A stretch of 64,000 nucleotides of DNA. It comes from Planctomycetota bacterium (lineage in GTDB: Bacteria > Planctomycetota > UBA1135 > UBA2386). The DNA lies in the NCBI GenBank assembly GCA_965223545.1, contig OZ245006.1:6560001-6624000 (forward strand). Reading direction: 5' to 3'. This document shows, in pieces, positions 9,443 through 18,166 of this stretch (positions within the stretch are counted from its first letter, which is position 1; every line of letters begins with the position of its first letter). A model generated the notes under the pieces. That model searched no databases. It saw only the letters and a program-made list of their open reading frames with translations, and had not been told where the DNA came from. Made by a program: the position numbers and the translations under genes.

Positions 9443-11079
9443 TCAGAAAGCACCAGTGGGAGATCACCATCATCGCAACAGTGTGCACGCTCGGTGGGCT
9501 AATCTCCGGCGGCCTGGTCGCAGGCGGTTTCGGCGCAAAACCGGAGACCGCGGAGGCTGACACCGGTGCCGCCCACGGCCCGCACCTTCCTGCGGCGACG
9601 CTTGAGAACCTCGGCGTTCGTATCGACCAGGTCCAGCCCACCACGTTCTTCAGGACCGTGTCGGTCGCGGCCGTAGTCGTTGACACGCCCACCACAGAAC
9701 AACCCGTCTACGCCCCGATCGGCGGGCGCATCGAGAGCATCGATGTGGAACCCGGCACAGTTGTGGCCCCTGGCAAGGCAGTCATCACTCTGGTGCGGGA
9801 TCCACTCCCGCGTCCGCAGCTGACCCTGACCGCCGAAGTGCTGCGGCCCGCTCAGGAGAGACTGCACCAGAGCGTACTCGAGCTACGCAAGTCGGGAGAA
9901 GAGGTTCGTATCGCAAGCACGGAGCTGGAACGAGTCCAGAAGTTCACGGGCAGGGTCGGTGGACGCGACCTTCCGATCATCCCGAGGCAGCGCGCGATCG
10001 ACCTTCGCTACCAGCTCTCGAGAGCCGAGAAGGCGTACGAGCAGGCACGGCTCGAACTCAAGAAGCACGGCCTCACCGATGCGCAAATAGCCGAAGTCGA
10101 GGGTGGTGCGCCGCTGCCGGAGTTCAACGAAGAAACGTGGCAACGAGCGCTTGCCCGCAACGGCCTGTGGCCAGCCGAAGCCCAGCAGCTCAGCGCGGCG
10201 CTCCCCAAGTCACTTCGTGCTCTCCCCTGGGTCACCGCGACCGTTGGCGAACTGGCCGCGAGCGGGCTCGCGACTCCAGAGCTCGCGCAGTGGATCTCGG
10301 CGGAAGAAGCTGCTCCCCACTTCCTCGACATCGGCGTGCTCCTGCAGCGCGGACACACGCTTGAGGATCTGAAGCGCCTCCACGCCTTGAATGCACTGGA
10401 GCCAGTCGTGCGCGTCGTGGCACCCGAGCTCGAGCAGGATGGCTCTTGGGACGTGCTCGACGTGCTAACCAAGCGCGGTGCCAAAGTAGAGGCTGGCGAG
10501 AGGCTTCTCACTCTCAGCGACCCGCGACGGCTGTTCCTGCGCACTGAGCCCGTCGGCGGTGAAGTGGGATCGGTCCTCATTGCCGCCAAGGAGCGGCACG
10601 CCATCGCTGCGACACCACTCATCCGGAACTCTGGGCCGGCGCTCGAGAAGCTAACGGTCAGCTACGTGCAAAGCTCTCAGGAGAACGAGGGCACGATTGC
10701 CTTTGTTGAAGTCGAGAACTCTATTCTCTCGCAGATCGATCGAGGACGCGGAAGAAGTTCCCGCACATGGTCGCTTCGCGACGGCATGCGCTACCTACTG
10801 AACGTGCCAACCGCGAAGTTGGACAAGGTCTATGTCTTGCCTTCCTCCGCAGTCACCGAAGACGGTCCCAACAAGGTTGTGTTCCTCCAGGACGGCGACA
10901 GCTTCAGGCCGGTCCCGATCGTGATCGCGTACCAGGATGACGAAGTCGTTGTCGTCCCCACGACCAAGGAAGTCGCTCTCTTCCCCGGCGATCTCGTCGT
11001 GCAATCCGGAGCGTTCGAGCTCGGCCTCGCGATGAAGGCTGGAGGTGCCGTGGACGCCCACGCAGGTCACAACCACTAG
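9439..11079 (+). CDS. RND efflux periplasmic adaptor, long form
   Basis: N-terminal TM; VYAPIGGRIESI lipoyl half; VLPSSAV; His-rich C-terminus DAHAGHNH; ATGA overlap with TolC. Confidence 0.82.
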   Translation: MIRKHQWEITIIATVCTLGGLISGGLVAGGFGAKPETAEADTGAAHGPHLPAATLENLGVRIDQVQPTTFFRTVSVAAVVVDTPTTEQPVYAPIGGRIESIDVEPGTVVAPGKAVITLVRDPLPRPQLTLTAEVLRPAQERLHQSVLELRKSGEEVRIASTELERVQKFTGRVGGRDLPIIPRQRAIDLRYQLSRAEKAYEQARLELKKHGLTDAQIAEVEGGAPLPEFNEETWQRALARNGLWPAEAQQLSAALPKSLRALPWVTATVGELAASGLATPELAQWISAEEAAPHFLDIGVLLQRGHTLEDLKRLHALNALEPVVRVVAPELEQDGSWDVLDVLTKRGAKVEAGERLLTLSDPRRLFLRTEPVGGEVGSVLIAAKERHAIAATPLIRNSGPALEKLTVSYVQSSQENEGTIAFVEVENSILSQIDRGRGRSSRTWSLRDGMRYLLNVPTAKLDKVYVLPSSAVTEDGPNKVVFLQDGDSFRPVPIVIAYQDDEVVVVPTTKEVALFPGDLVVQSGAFELGLAMKAGGAVDAHAGHNH

Positions 11080-11090
11080 GAGGCGCGATC

Positions 11091-14000
11091 ATGTTGAATC
11101 GAATCATCGCCGCCGCGCTCCGCAACCGGGCGATCGTCCTACTCCTTGCTCTGATCGTGGGCGGATACGGTCTGTTCGAGGCCGCGCGCACACCGATCGA
11201 TGTCTTGCCGGACTTGAACCGCCCCGTGGTCACCATCATGACCGAGGCCCACGGCCTGGTGCCCGAGGACGTCGAGCGCCTCGTGACCTGGCCGATCGAG
11301 CAGGTGATGAACGGGGCCACCGGTGTGTTTCGTGTCCGCTCGGCGAGCGGCCTGGGGCTATCAGTGGTCTACGTCGAGTTCGACTGGGGCACCGATATCT
11401 ATCTGGACCGCCAGATCGTCGCTGAGAAGCTGCAGACCGCAGTGCCCAACCTGCCGCCGGACGTGCAACCGATCCTGGCTCCCATCAGCAGCATCATGGG
11501 CCAGGTCCAGATGATCGGCTTCCAGAGCAAGACCGGGGAAACCGACATCCTCAAGCTGCGGCGCATCATCGACCGCGACGTTCGGCCGCGGATCCTGTCC
11601 CTCTCGGGCATCGCTCAGATCATCACGATCGGTGGCCAACCCTCCGAGCTGCAGGTCGTCGTCGACGCGGACAAGCTGCGCACGTTCGACGTCACTCTCC
11701 AAGAGGTGGCCGACGCCACGCGCGATGCGAACATCAACGTGGCAGGAGGGTTCCTGAACATCGGAGCCAAGGGACCGCTCGTGGCGGTGTCCGGCTTACT
11801 CGAAGAGCCCGACGAGCTCTCTCGTGCAGTCGTTCGGTCGGATCCGACGCGCCCGATTCGCATCGCTGACGTCGCTGAAGTGGTCTTCGGCCCCGCCGCC
11901 ATTCCGACCGGAACGGCAGGCATCAACGGCGAGCCGGGCATCATCATGGTGATCATGAAGCAGCCTGGGGTGGACACCCAGGACCTGACGAGGCGTGTGA
12001 ACGCCGAGCTCCGCCAGATTCAGCGCGAGCTGCCGAACGACGTCGCCATCGACGATGGCGTGTTTCAGCAAGCGGCGTTCATCGAACGAGCCATCGACAA
12101 CGTGCTCGAGGCGGTGCGAGACGGCGCCATCCTCGTTGTCATCATTCTGTTTCTGTTCTTGCTGAACTTCCGGACAACTTTCATCACGCTTTCCGCGATT
12201 CCTCTCTCGGTCGCGATCGCCTCGCTCGTGTTCGCCGCGTTCGGATTGACGATCAACACGATGACGCTCGGCGGACTTGCCGTGGCGATCGGGACGCTCG
12301 TTGATGACGCCATCGTCGACGTCGAAAACGTGTTCCGGCGCCTACACGAGAATTCGAGGCGCGAACGCAAAGAGCCCGTGCTTTGGGTGCTGTTCAAGGC
12401 GTCCAGCGAGATTCGGAAGCCCGTGATGTACGGCACGCTGCTCGTGACCGTCGTCTATCTGCCACTGTTCTTCCTCACTGGAATGGAAGGGCGTCTGTTC
12501 GCGCCGATTGGACTCGCCTACATCATCAGCGTGATGGCGTCTCTCCTCGTGGCGCTGACGGTCACCCCTGTCCTTTGCTACTACTTGCTCGGCCGTCGCA
12601 CTGCGTCCGCCACGGACGAGAAGTACGGAGGATGGCTCGTTGCCAGGCTGCGCGGAGTTGCTGCGAAGGGAGTCCGCATCAGCACTCGCCACATCGAACG
12701 GATCGTTGGAGTCTGCGCAGCGACCTTTCTGATCGTCGGAGCGTTCTTCGTCACGACTGGGTCCGAATTCTTGCCGCAGTTCAACGAGGGGACGGCGCAA
12801 GCCAACCTCGTTCTGCCGCCTGATGCGAGCCTCGAGACATCCGATCGGTTCGGTCGGCGGCTCGAAGAGCTCGTGGGAAAAATCGACGGCGTCAGCAGCG
12901 TTGCGCGCCGCACGGGCCGCGCTCCTGGGGACGAGCACGCGATGCCCGTCAGCGTCAGCGAAGCGATCGTCAACTTTGATCCAGACTCGAAACGATCCCG
13001 GAAGGAACTCATCGAGGACATCCGGGCGCAGGTCTCGCACGAGTTCCCCGGCGTGGCCAACAACGTGGAGCAGCCGCTGGCACACCTGATGAGCCACATG
13101 CTCTCGGGGGTTACTGCGCAGGTCGCAATCAAGATCACGGGCCCTGACCTCGATATCTTGCGGAACACCGCGTCCGAGGTCGAAGCCAAGATCAAGGCGA
13201 TTGATGGCGTCCGAAACCTCTACACGGAGCCGCAAGTTCTCATCGACCAAGTCGAGGTGAAACCACGCCGCACGGAGCTGGCTCGACTCGGCATAGGTGT
13301 TGCTGCCCTCGCGGAGACCGTCGAGCTCGCGATGGGTGGACAAGAGGTCTCCCGGCTACAAGTCGGCCAGATCACGTATCCCATCAAAGTCCGGCTCGAG
13401 GAGGAGGACAGAAAGGATCTCGTCCAGCTGTCGGGCCTCTACCTACGGCGCGGCGATGCCTCGCTGGCCCGCATCGACGACGTTGCCGACGTCCGCGTGT
13501 CGAAGACCCCCAACAACATCAACCGGGAGAACGTGCAGCGGCGTGTCGTCGTCCAGCACAACGTTGGCGGTCGCTCGCTCGGGGAGGTCGTCACGGACGT
13601 GGAGGCTGCTCTCCAGCCCGTTCGCGAGAAGCTCGCTGCTTTACCCGGATACTCGATTCGAATCAGCGGCCAATTCGAGGCCCAGCAGGAAGCGCAGGCG
13701 AAGATCCTGGCCTTCAGCATCCTATCGGTCGTGCTGATGGTGCTGATTCTCTACATGCATTTCCGCTCCTTGCGGCTCGCGCTGCTCGTCCTTCTCACGC
13801 GTCCGATCGCGTTCATTGGCGCGGCAGCCTACGTCGTGCTCAGTGGGCAGATCCTCTCCATTGCAACGCTCGTCGGCTTCATCGCCCTTCTCGGAGTCGC
13901 TGCACGCAATGCGATTCTCCTCGTTGACCACTACGTGCACCTGATGCGCGAGGAAGGGGAGTCCTTCTCGATCGAGATGCTGGTGCGAGCCGGGCAGGAG

Positions 14001-14339
14001 AGGATAGTCCCGGTCCTCATGACCGCGCTCACGAGCGGTATCGGCTTGGTGCCGCTGGCGCTCGCAGCAGACCAGCCCGGGCGCGAGCTTCTGTACCCGG
14101 TTGCCACGGTCATCATCGGCGGATTGGTCACGAACACGCTTCTCGATTTCCTCGTCATGCCTGGCCTCTTCTGGAGGTTTGGCCGAACCGAGGCAGAGCG
14201 ACTCGCAAGAGAATCCGTACGCACCGAGGACTTCGAGCACATTCGTGCGCAGCTCCTGCCGGACGGACAGGAAGAGGAACACCTAGAACCCGCGTTGGCC
14301 GGCGGTCAGCGCCTTGAACCTGGAGACCTGGAACGATGA
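11091..14339 (+). CDS. CusA/CzcA family heavy-metal efflux RND transporter
   Basis: 1082 aa; PIDVLPDLNRP, LGGLAVAIGTLVDDAIVDVEN, ERIVPVLMTAL. Confidence 0.95.
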   Translation: MLNRIIAAALRNRAIVLLLALIVGGYGLFEAARTPIDVLPDLNRPVVTIMTEAHGLVPEDVERLVTWPIEQVMNGATGVFRVRSASGLGLSVVYVEFDWGTDIYLDRQIVAEKLQTAVPNLPPDVQPILAPISSIMGQVQMIGFQSKTGETDILKLRRIIDRDVRPRILSLSGIAQIITIGGQPSELQVVVDADKLRTFDVTLQEVADATRDANINVAGGFLNIGAKGPLVAVSGLLEEPDELSRAVVRSDPTRPIRIADVAEVVFGPAAIPTGTAGINGEPGIIMVIMKQPGVDTQDLTRRVNAELRQIQRELPNDVAIDDGVFQQAAFIERAIDNVLEAVRDGAILVVIILFLFLLNFRTTFITLSAIPLSVAIASLVFAAFGLTINTMTLGGLAVAIGTLVDDAIVDVENVFRRLHENSRRERKEPVLWVLFKASSEIRKPVMYGTLLVTVVYLPLFFLTGMEGRLFAPIGLAYIISVMASLLVALTVTPVLCYYLLGRRTASATDEKYGGWLVARLRGVAAKGVRISTRHIERIVGVCAATFLIVGAFFVTTGSEFLPQFNEGTAQANLVLPPDASLETSDRFGRRLEELVGKIDGVSSVARRTGRAPGDEHAMPVSVSEAIVNFDPDSKRSRKELIEDIRAQVSHEFPGVANNVEQPLAHLMSHMLSGVTAQVAIKITGPDLDILRNTASEVEAKIKAIDGVRNLYTEPQVLIDQVEVKPRRTELARLGIGVAALAETVELAMGGQEVSRLQVGQITYPIKVRLEEEDRKDLVQLSGLYLRRGDASLARIDDVADVRVSKTPNNINRENVQRRVVVQHNVGGRSLGEVVTDVEAALQPVREKLAALPGYSIRISGQFEAQQEAQAKILAFSILSVVLMVLILYMHFRSLRLALLVLLTRPIAFIGAAAYVVLSGQILSIATLVGFIALLGVAARNAILLVDHYVHLMREEGESFSIEMLVRAGQERIVPVLMTALTSGIGLVPLALAADQPGRELLYPVATVIIGGLVTNTLLDFLVMPGLFWRFGRTEAERLARESVRTEDFEHIRAQLLPDGQEEEHLEPALAGGQRLEPGDLER

Positions 14340-14761
14340 TCAAGACTGCTCTTGCTCTACTTGCCGCAACGGTGCTAGCTGCCTGCTCAGGCGAGGAGAG
14401 TCGCGAAGCTCCGGCGCCCTCCGGAGGTCAGGCTCATGGCCCGCATGGCGGCCACATCCTTGAGGTGGGCGCGCATGTCGCCCATCTGGAAGTGCTGCAC
14501 GACGAGGAAGCGGGGAAGCTGACGATCTACGTTCTGGGCCCCGATGAGAAGACGGCGCTTCCAGTTGCGAAGCCCCCGCAGCTCAAACTCAAAACCAGCG
14601 CCGGTCCAAGGGTCATCGACACGAAGGCGCAAGATGCAACCGGCGCGGTCTTCACCGTGACGGACGCCGCTCTGAAGGGAGGGGAGCCGGAAGGCCGCAT
14701 CTCCATCGAGGTGAACGGCAAGGTATACAATCCGGAACTCGAGCACGATCACGGACACTGA
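14336..14761 (+). CDS. His-rich periplasmic lipoprotein, putative metal chaperone
   Basis: Lipobox LAAC; HGPHGGH motif; C-terminal HDHGH. Confidence 0.75.
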   Translation: MIKTALALLAATVLAACSGEESREAPAPSGGQAHGPHGGHILEVGAHVAHLEVLHDEEAGKLTIYVLGPDEKTALPVAKPPQLKLKTSAGPRVIDTKAQDATGAVFTVTDAALKGGEPEGRISIEVNGKVYNPELEHDHGH

Positions 14762-14788
14762 AACCAACTCGACCGGGGGCGCCAGGCG

Positions 14789-15694
14789 ATGGCTCACGAC
14801 CATGTCCACTGGCACACGCGCTACAACCGAGCCTTTGCTATCGGCATCGGGCTGAACGTCGGGTTCGTTGCCGTCGAGTTCGTCTACGGCGCACTGGTCA
14901 ACTCGCTGGCGCTCATCGCAGACGCTGGCCACAACCTAGGCGACGTTGTCAGTCTGCTACTCGCCTGGGGAGCGTTCTTTGTCGCCGAGAAGCAACCTTC
15001 ACCGAACTTCACGTACGGATTGCGGAAGGCGACGGTTCTCGCCGCGTTGTTTAGCGCAATCCTGTTGCTTGTCGCCCTTGGCGCCATCGCATGGGAGGCT
15101 GTTCGCCGGTTCGGTGCCCCTCAGGCGGTCAGCGGTACAACAGTCTTGGTCGTCGCTGGAATCGGCGTGGCCATCAACACAGCCACCGGTTGGCTGTTCT
15201 TCGCGGACCGCAAGGACGACCTCAACATCAAGGGGGCGTACCTGCACATGGCCGCCGACGCCGCCGTCTCACTCGGTGTCGTCGTGGCGGGCCTGCTGAT
15301 CACGCTGACGGGATGGAGCTGGCTGGATCCCGCCACGAGCCTTGCGATCGCTGTCGTTGTCGTCATCGGGACGTGGGGGCTACTTCGCGATTCTCTCCGA
15401 CTGTCACTCGATGCTGCCCCAAAGGACATCGACTTGGCCGCGATTGAGGACTGGCTCCGGGAGCAACCTGGTGTGCAGGATCTGCATGACCTCCACGTGT
15501 GGGCCCTCAGCACGACGCAGACAGCGCTCACGGTGCATGTGGTGATGACCGGTGAAGCGCAAGATCACAGCCCGCGAGTCTTCGCAGAGGAGCTGGCATC
15601 TCGGTTCGGCGTTGAACACACCACAGTTCAGATTGAGACGGGGGCCGAGGCCTGCGTTTCAAACTGTGTCGCCGGAACCAAACGTCGGGCTTGA
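14789..15694 (+). CDS. czcD: Cation diffusion facilitator (CzcD/ZitB-like) transporter
   Basis: SLALIADAGHNLGD, LNIKGAYLHMAADA, HDLHVW, HTTVQIE. Confidence 0.93.
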   Translation: MAHDHVHWHTRYNRAFAIGIGLNVGFVAVEFVYGALVNSLALIADAGHNLGDVVSLLLAWGAFFVAEKQPSPNFTYGLRKATVLAALFSAILLLVALGAIAWEAVRRFGAPQAVSGTTVLVVAGIGVAINTATGWLFFADRKDDLNIKGAYLHMAADAAVSLGVVVAGLLITLTGWSWLDPATSLAIAVVVVIGTWGLLRDSLRLSLDAAPKDIDLAAIEDWLREQPGVQDLHDLHVWALSTTQTALTVHVVMTGEAQDHSPRVFAEELASRFGVEHTTVQIETGAEACVSNCVAGTKRRA

Positions 15695-15778
15695 GGCGGA
15701 GTGCTCGGGATGGAAAGTGGTCGGATTCTTGGGTCGAGCGGGGAGAAACCTGGCTGGGTCGGCACGGCGGAGCGCCGC

Positions 15779-16084
15779 TCAGTATTCTCCGGGCAGCAGC
15801 GCGATCGTTGCCGACCGATCCGCTTCGGTGATGACGTAAATGCGCGTTGTGGTGCCGGGGTCGGATGCGAGTGGTAGCGAGTAGACCGAGAGCAGTCTCT
15901 CGCCGTCGCGAAGTGCTCGCTGGTTTGCTTCGTGGTCTTCTTCACAGACGTCACCCCAGTCTCCTCTTGCGTGACGAGCGATGGCTTCGGCAACGTGGTC
16001 GCGGGGGACCTGCGCGAGCAAGCCGGCCGTGGCGACGACGCGCCCAAGGTCGAACTGAACTCGCTCGGGTTCGTGGCTTATCAT
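15779..16084 (-). CDS. Conserved small plasmid/ICE-associated hypothetical protein
   Basis: RHARGDWG...RLLSVY...ITEADRSATIALLPGEY pattern, recalled from mobile-element hypothetical proteins; function unknown. Confidence 0.75.
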   Translation of the reverse strand: MISHEPERVQFDLGRVVATAGLLAQVPRDHVAEAIARHARGDWGDVCEEDHEANQRALRDGERLLSVYSLPLASDPGTTTRIYVITEADRSATIALLPGEY

Positions 16085-16240
16085 CCGAGCACACTTTCGA
16101 GCTGGCGGTTGGTCGCGGGTCGCTGGTGCCTGCGAGTCGGCGGAGCTCCTTGTTCAACGTCAAAGAAGGCCATGGCTGACCGTCCCACGTTCGAAGCACC
16201 GAAGTCAAACGTCGCGGCGAGCGAGGCGAAGGGCCCGTCA

Positions 16241-16302
16241 AGAGCCCGTAGCGAAGCGAGAGCGACGAATGCGCAGGGCCTCGAGCGCTAGCGAGAGTCG
16301 CT
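16241..16302 (+). repeat. About 60-bp intergenic element, copy 1 (GA-rich hairpin, ssi/pas-like)
   Basis: AGAGCCCGTAGCGAAGCGAG...AATGCGCAGGGCCTCGAGCGCTAGCGAGAGTCGCT aligns with 17499-17557. Confidence 0.6.
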
Positions 16303-16403
16303 TTGGCATCTGCGTCAGTCAGGTCTCCTCGGCGTGTCTCCAGTTTGGTCCCCAGCTCGGGGTGAGGGACCAAGCCCTCCAACAACAACCAACGGAGACG
16401 AAC

Positions 16404-16649
16404 ATGACTACCGAATCGACAAACCGCCCCAAGCAGCAGCTTCGCGACGGCACCTGCGTGCTCTCGATCTTCGAGAACGCTACGGACAAGGGCACCCGCT
16501 ACTCGGTCACCGTGACGCGCATCTACAAGCGCGATGGTGCTTCGGAGTGGGAGCGGAGCGCTTCGCTGAACGCCGATGACTGCCTTCGCGCCGCCGAGCT
16601 GCTGCGCGAGGCGCACCGCTGGATACGCGACCAGCGCCAGGGCGAGTAG
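16404..16649 (+). CDS. Small putative ssDNA-binding protein (81 aa), paralog 1
   Basis: GGAG RBS then ATG 16404; pattern IFEN..GTRYSVTVTRIYKRDG..EW..S.S followed by a helix. Fold is inferred. Confidence 0.65.
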   Translation: MTTESTNRPKQQLRDGTCVLSIFENATDKGTRYSVTVTRIYKRDGASEWERSASLNADDCLRAAELLREAHRWIRDQRQGE

Positions 16650-16663
16650 CCCGGCGCTTCGCC

Positions 16664-16684
16664 ACCCGGCTTTGGCCGGGTTTC
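16664..16684 (+). terminator. Possible intrinsic terminator
   Basis: ACCCGGC-TTTG-GCCGGGT hairpin followed by a short T run just after the 16649 stop. Confidence 0.4.
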
Positions 16685-16745
16685 CTCTCGAACGGCATCC
16701 TCTTCCCGGTAGGCTCGCCCGGATCAGAATTCAGCCGGGAGGCGT

Positions 16746-17129
16746 ATGGCGGCAAAGAAGAAGACGGCCAAGGGCTACGAGTTTTTGGTAGCGGAGCTCA
16801 AGAAGAACAAGAACGCGGTCTACGCCGACCTTGCTGCGAAGGCAGAGAAGAAGGGCTTCACGGTCTACCCCGTGATGTTCGGCCGGGCGAAGGCCTCGCT
16901 CGGACTGGTGGCGACGAAGAAGCGCCGGAAGAAAAAGGCGTCGAAGCGCGGGCCGGGACGCCCGCGCAAGGTGGGCCGTCGTGGTCCTGGCCGTCCTCGA
17001 AAGTCGAGCGACGGACCGCTCGCTGCAGTTCAGGATCTGGTGTCAACCATGCGGGAGCAGGAGCGTGACAACGCTGCTCTGCGGGCAACGCTCGGGAAGA
17101 TCCGGGATCTCATCGACCGGGCGCTCTAG
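16746..17129 (+). CDS. Basic AT-hook protein, putative nucleoid-associated protein
   Basis: GGAGG RBS; Lys-rich; two GPGRPRK AT-hook motifs; C-terminal coiled coil. Confidence 0.75.
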   Translation: MAAKKKTAKGYEFLVAELKKNKNAVYADLAAKAEKKGFTVYPVMFGRAKASLGLVATKKRRKKKASKRGPGRPRKVGRRGPGRPRKSSDGPLAAVQDLVSTMREQERDNAALRATLGKIRDLIDRAL

Positions 17130-17149
17130 GCGGCCGGTCGTCCTCTTCC

Positions 17150-17404
17150 CTACTTCCTGCCCTGCGCGTCGATCCAGGTCTGCGCGTCGCTAAACGCCTT
17201 GGCGGCAGCCAGGCACTCAAGCCCTCTGAACGACCGTCGAGTGTGCCACTCCCCCTGCGCGTCCTTGTAGGACGCGACAGGTTGTCCTGCCTCGTAGTAG
17301 GTTCGCCCGTCCTTGGCCGCTCTCGTCCAGATGGGCACCTCGATGTTCTGGACCTTGATGTGCGTAGCGGGTTGGGTCTTGTCTTCAGTTTCTGATTGCT
17401 CCAT
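17150..17404 (-). CDS. Small putative ssDNA-binding protein (84 aa), paralog 2
   Basis: GGAGG RBS; IW...DGRTYY...SYKDAQGEW...SF pattern shared with 16404-16649. Confidence 0.65.
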   Translation of the reverse strand: MEQSETEDKTQPATHIKVQNIEVPIWTRAAKDGRTYYEAGQPVASYKDAQGEWHTRRSFRGLECLAAAKAFSDAQTWIDAQGRK

Positions 17405-17498
17405 GGGGTCCTCCCTTTTCGCGACGATGCCACAGAACGATGGCGGAGGGCAAACGCACTGGTCCTCTGTTCCGCGGAGCGACCGCTGGGCCTTCCCC

Positions 17499-17557
17499 AG
17501 AGCCCGGAGGGAGTGACAGGAACAATGAGCGGGGTCTCGAGCGGAGCGAGAGTCGCT
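17499..17557 (+). repeat. About 60-bp intergenic element, copy 2
   Basis: AGAGCCCGGAGGGAGTGAC...AATGAGCGGGGTCTCGAGCGGAGCGAGAGTCGCT. Confidence 0.6.
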
Positions 17558-17903
17558 AGGCGCTTTGCTTCTCTAGCTCTTCAAGCTGGTGCTTGATGGC
17601 GACGTTCTCCTGTTCCCGGGTTTCGTTGGTCTTCACAAGCCCGTCGATGTGTGTTGCGAGTTCGTCGAACCGGTCGTCAAGGTGGCCGCGGAGCGCCTGA
17701 GTGTCCCCACGGTTTGCCTTGATGTGGGCCTCGAGGGCGGAGGCGCGGATGCTCACGCGGTTCACCTTCGAGTCGATCTCCTTGAGTTCGCCGCGCATCT
17801 GTCGCAGCTCGTCGCGTAGGCCACTGATGTCAGCCTGAACCGGCTGAAACGTCTTGTCGAAGAGCCCGGCCAGTTGCTTCATGTCGTCATCAGTTAGCGC
17901 CAT
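17556..17903 (-). CDS. Coiled-coil hypothetical protein
   Basis: 115-aa ORF with heptad periodicity and an ATG start. Confidence 0.65.
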   Translation of the reverse strand: MALTDDDMKQLAGLFDKTFQPVQADISGLRDELRQMRGELKEIDSKVNRVSIRASALEAHIKANRGDTQALRGHLDDRFDELATHIDGLVKTNETREQENVAIKHQLEELEKQSA

Positions 17904-18166
17904 GGCTCACCATCTCACGATCGAGGCGCCGGAGTCAATTCTGGCGGCCCCCAGACAACGCCTACTTGATCCGCGAAGCATGAGTCGGAGCTGCTCCCTC
18001 CGCCTCCGGTTCAAGAGCTCCAGGAGGCGGCCCCTGCGCACCGCCGCCGCCGGCATCGGCCCTGAACGAGGCGCTGGGCGCGACCGATGCCGACGGCGAC
18101 GGAGCTCCGGGGCCCAGAAGAATCTCTCGCGTGGGTTCACGCCAGATGAGCCCTACCCCTCAACAA

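Noticed and set aside
15695..15778. Second att site ending the island before the metal genes
   Set aside because: No copy of the tRNA-Phe 3' end was seen here or elsewhere in the window by eye.
17907..18140. Arg-rich 77-aa ORF
   Set aside because: Low complexity, no clear RBS or motif; cannot be supported.
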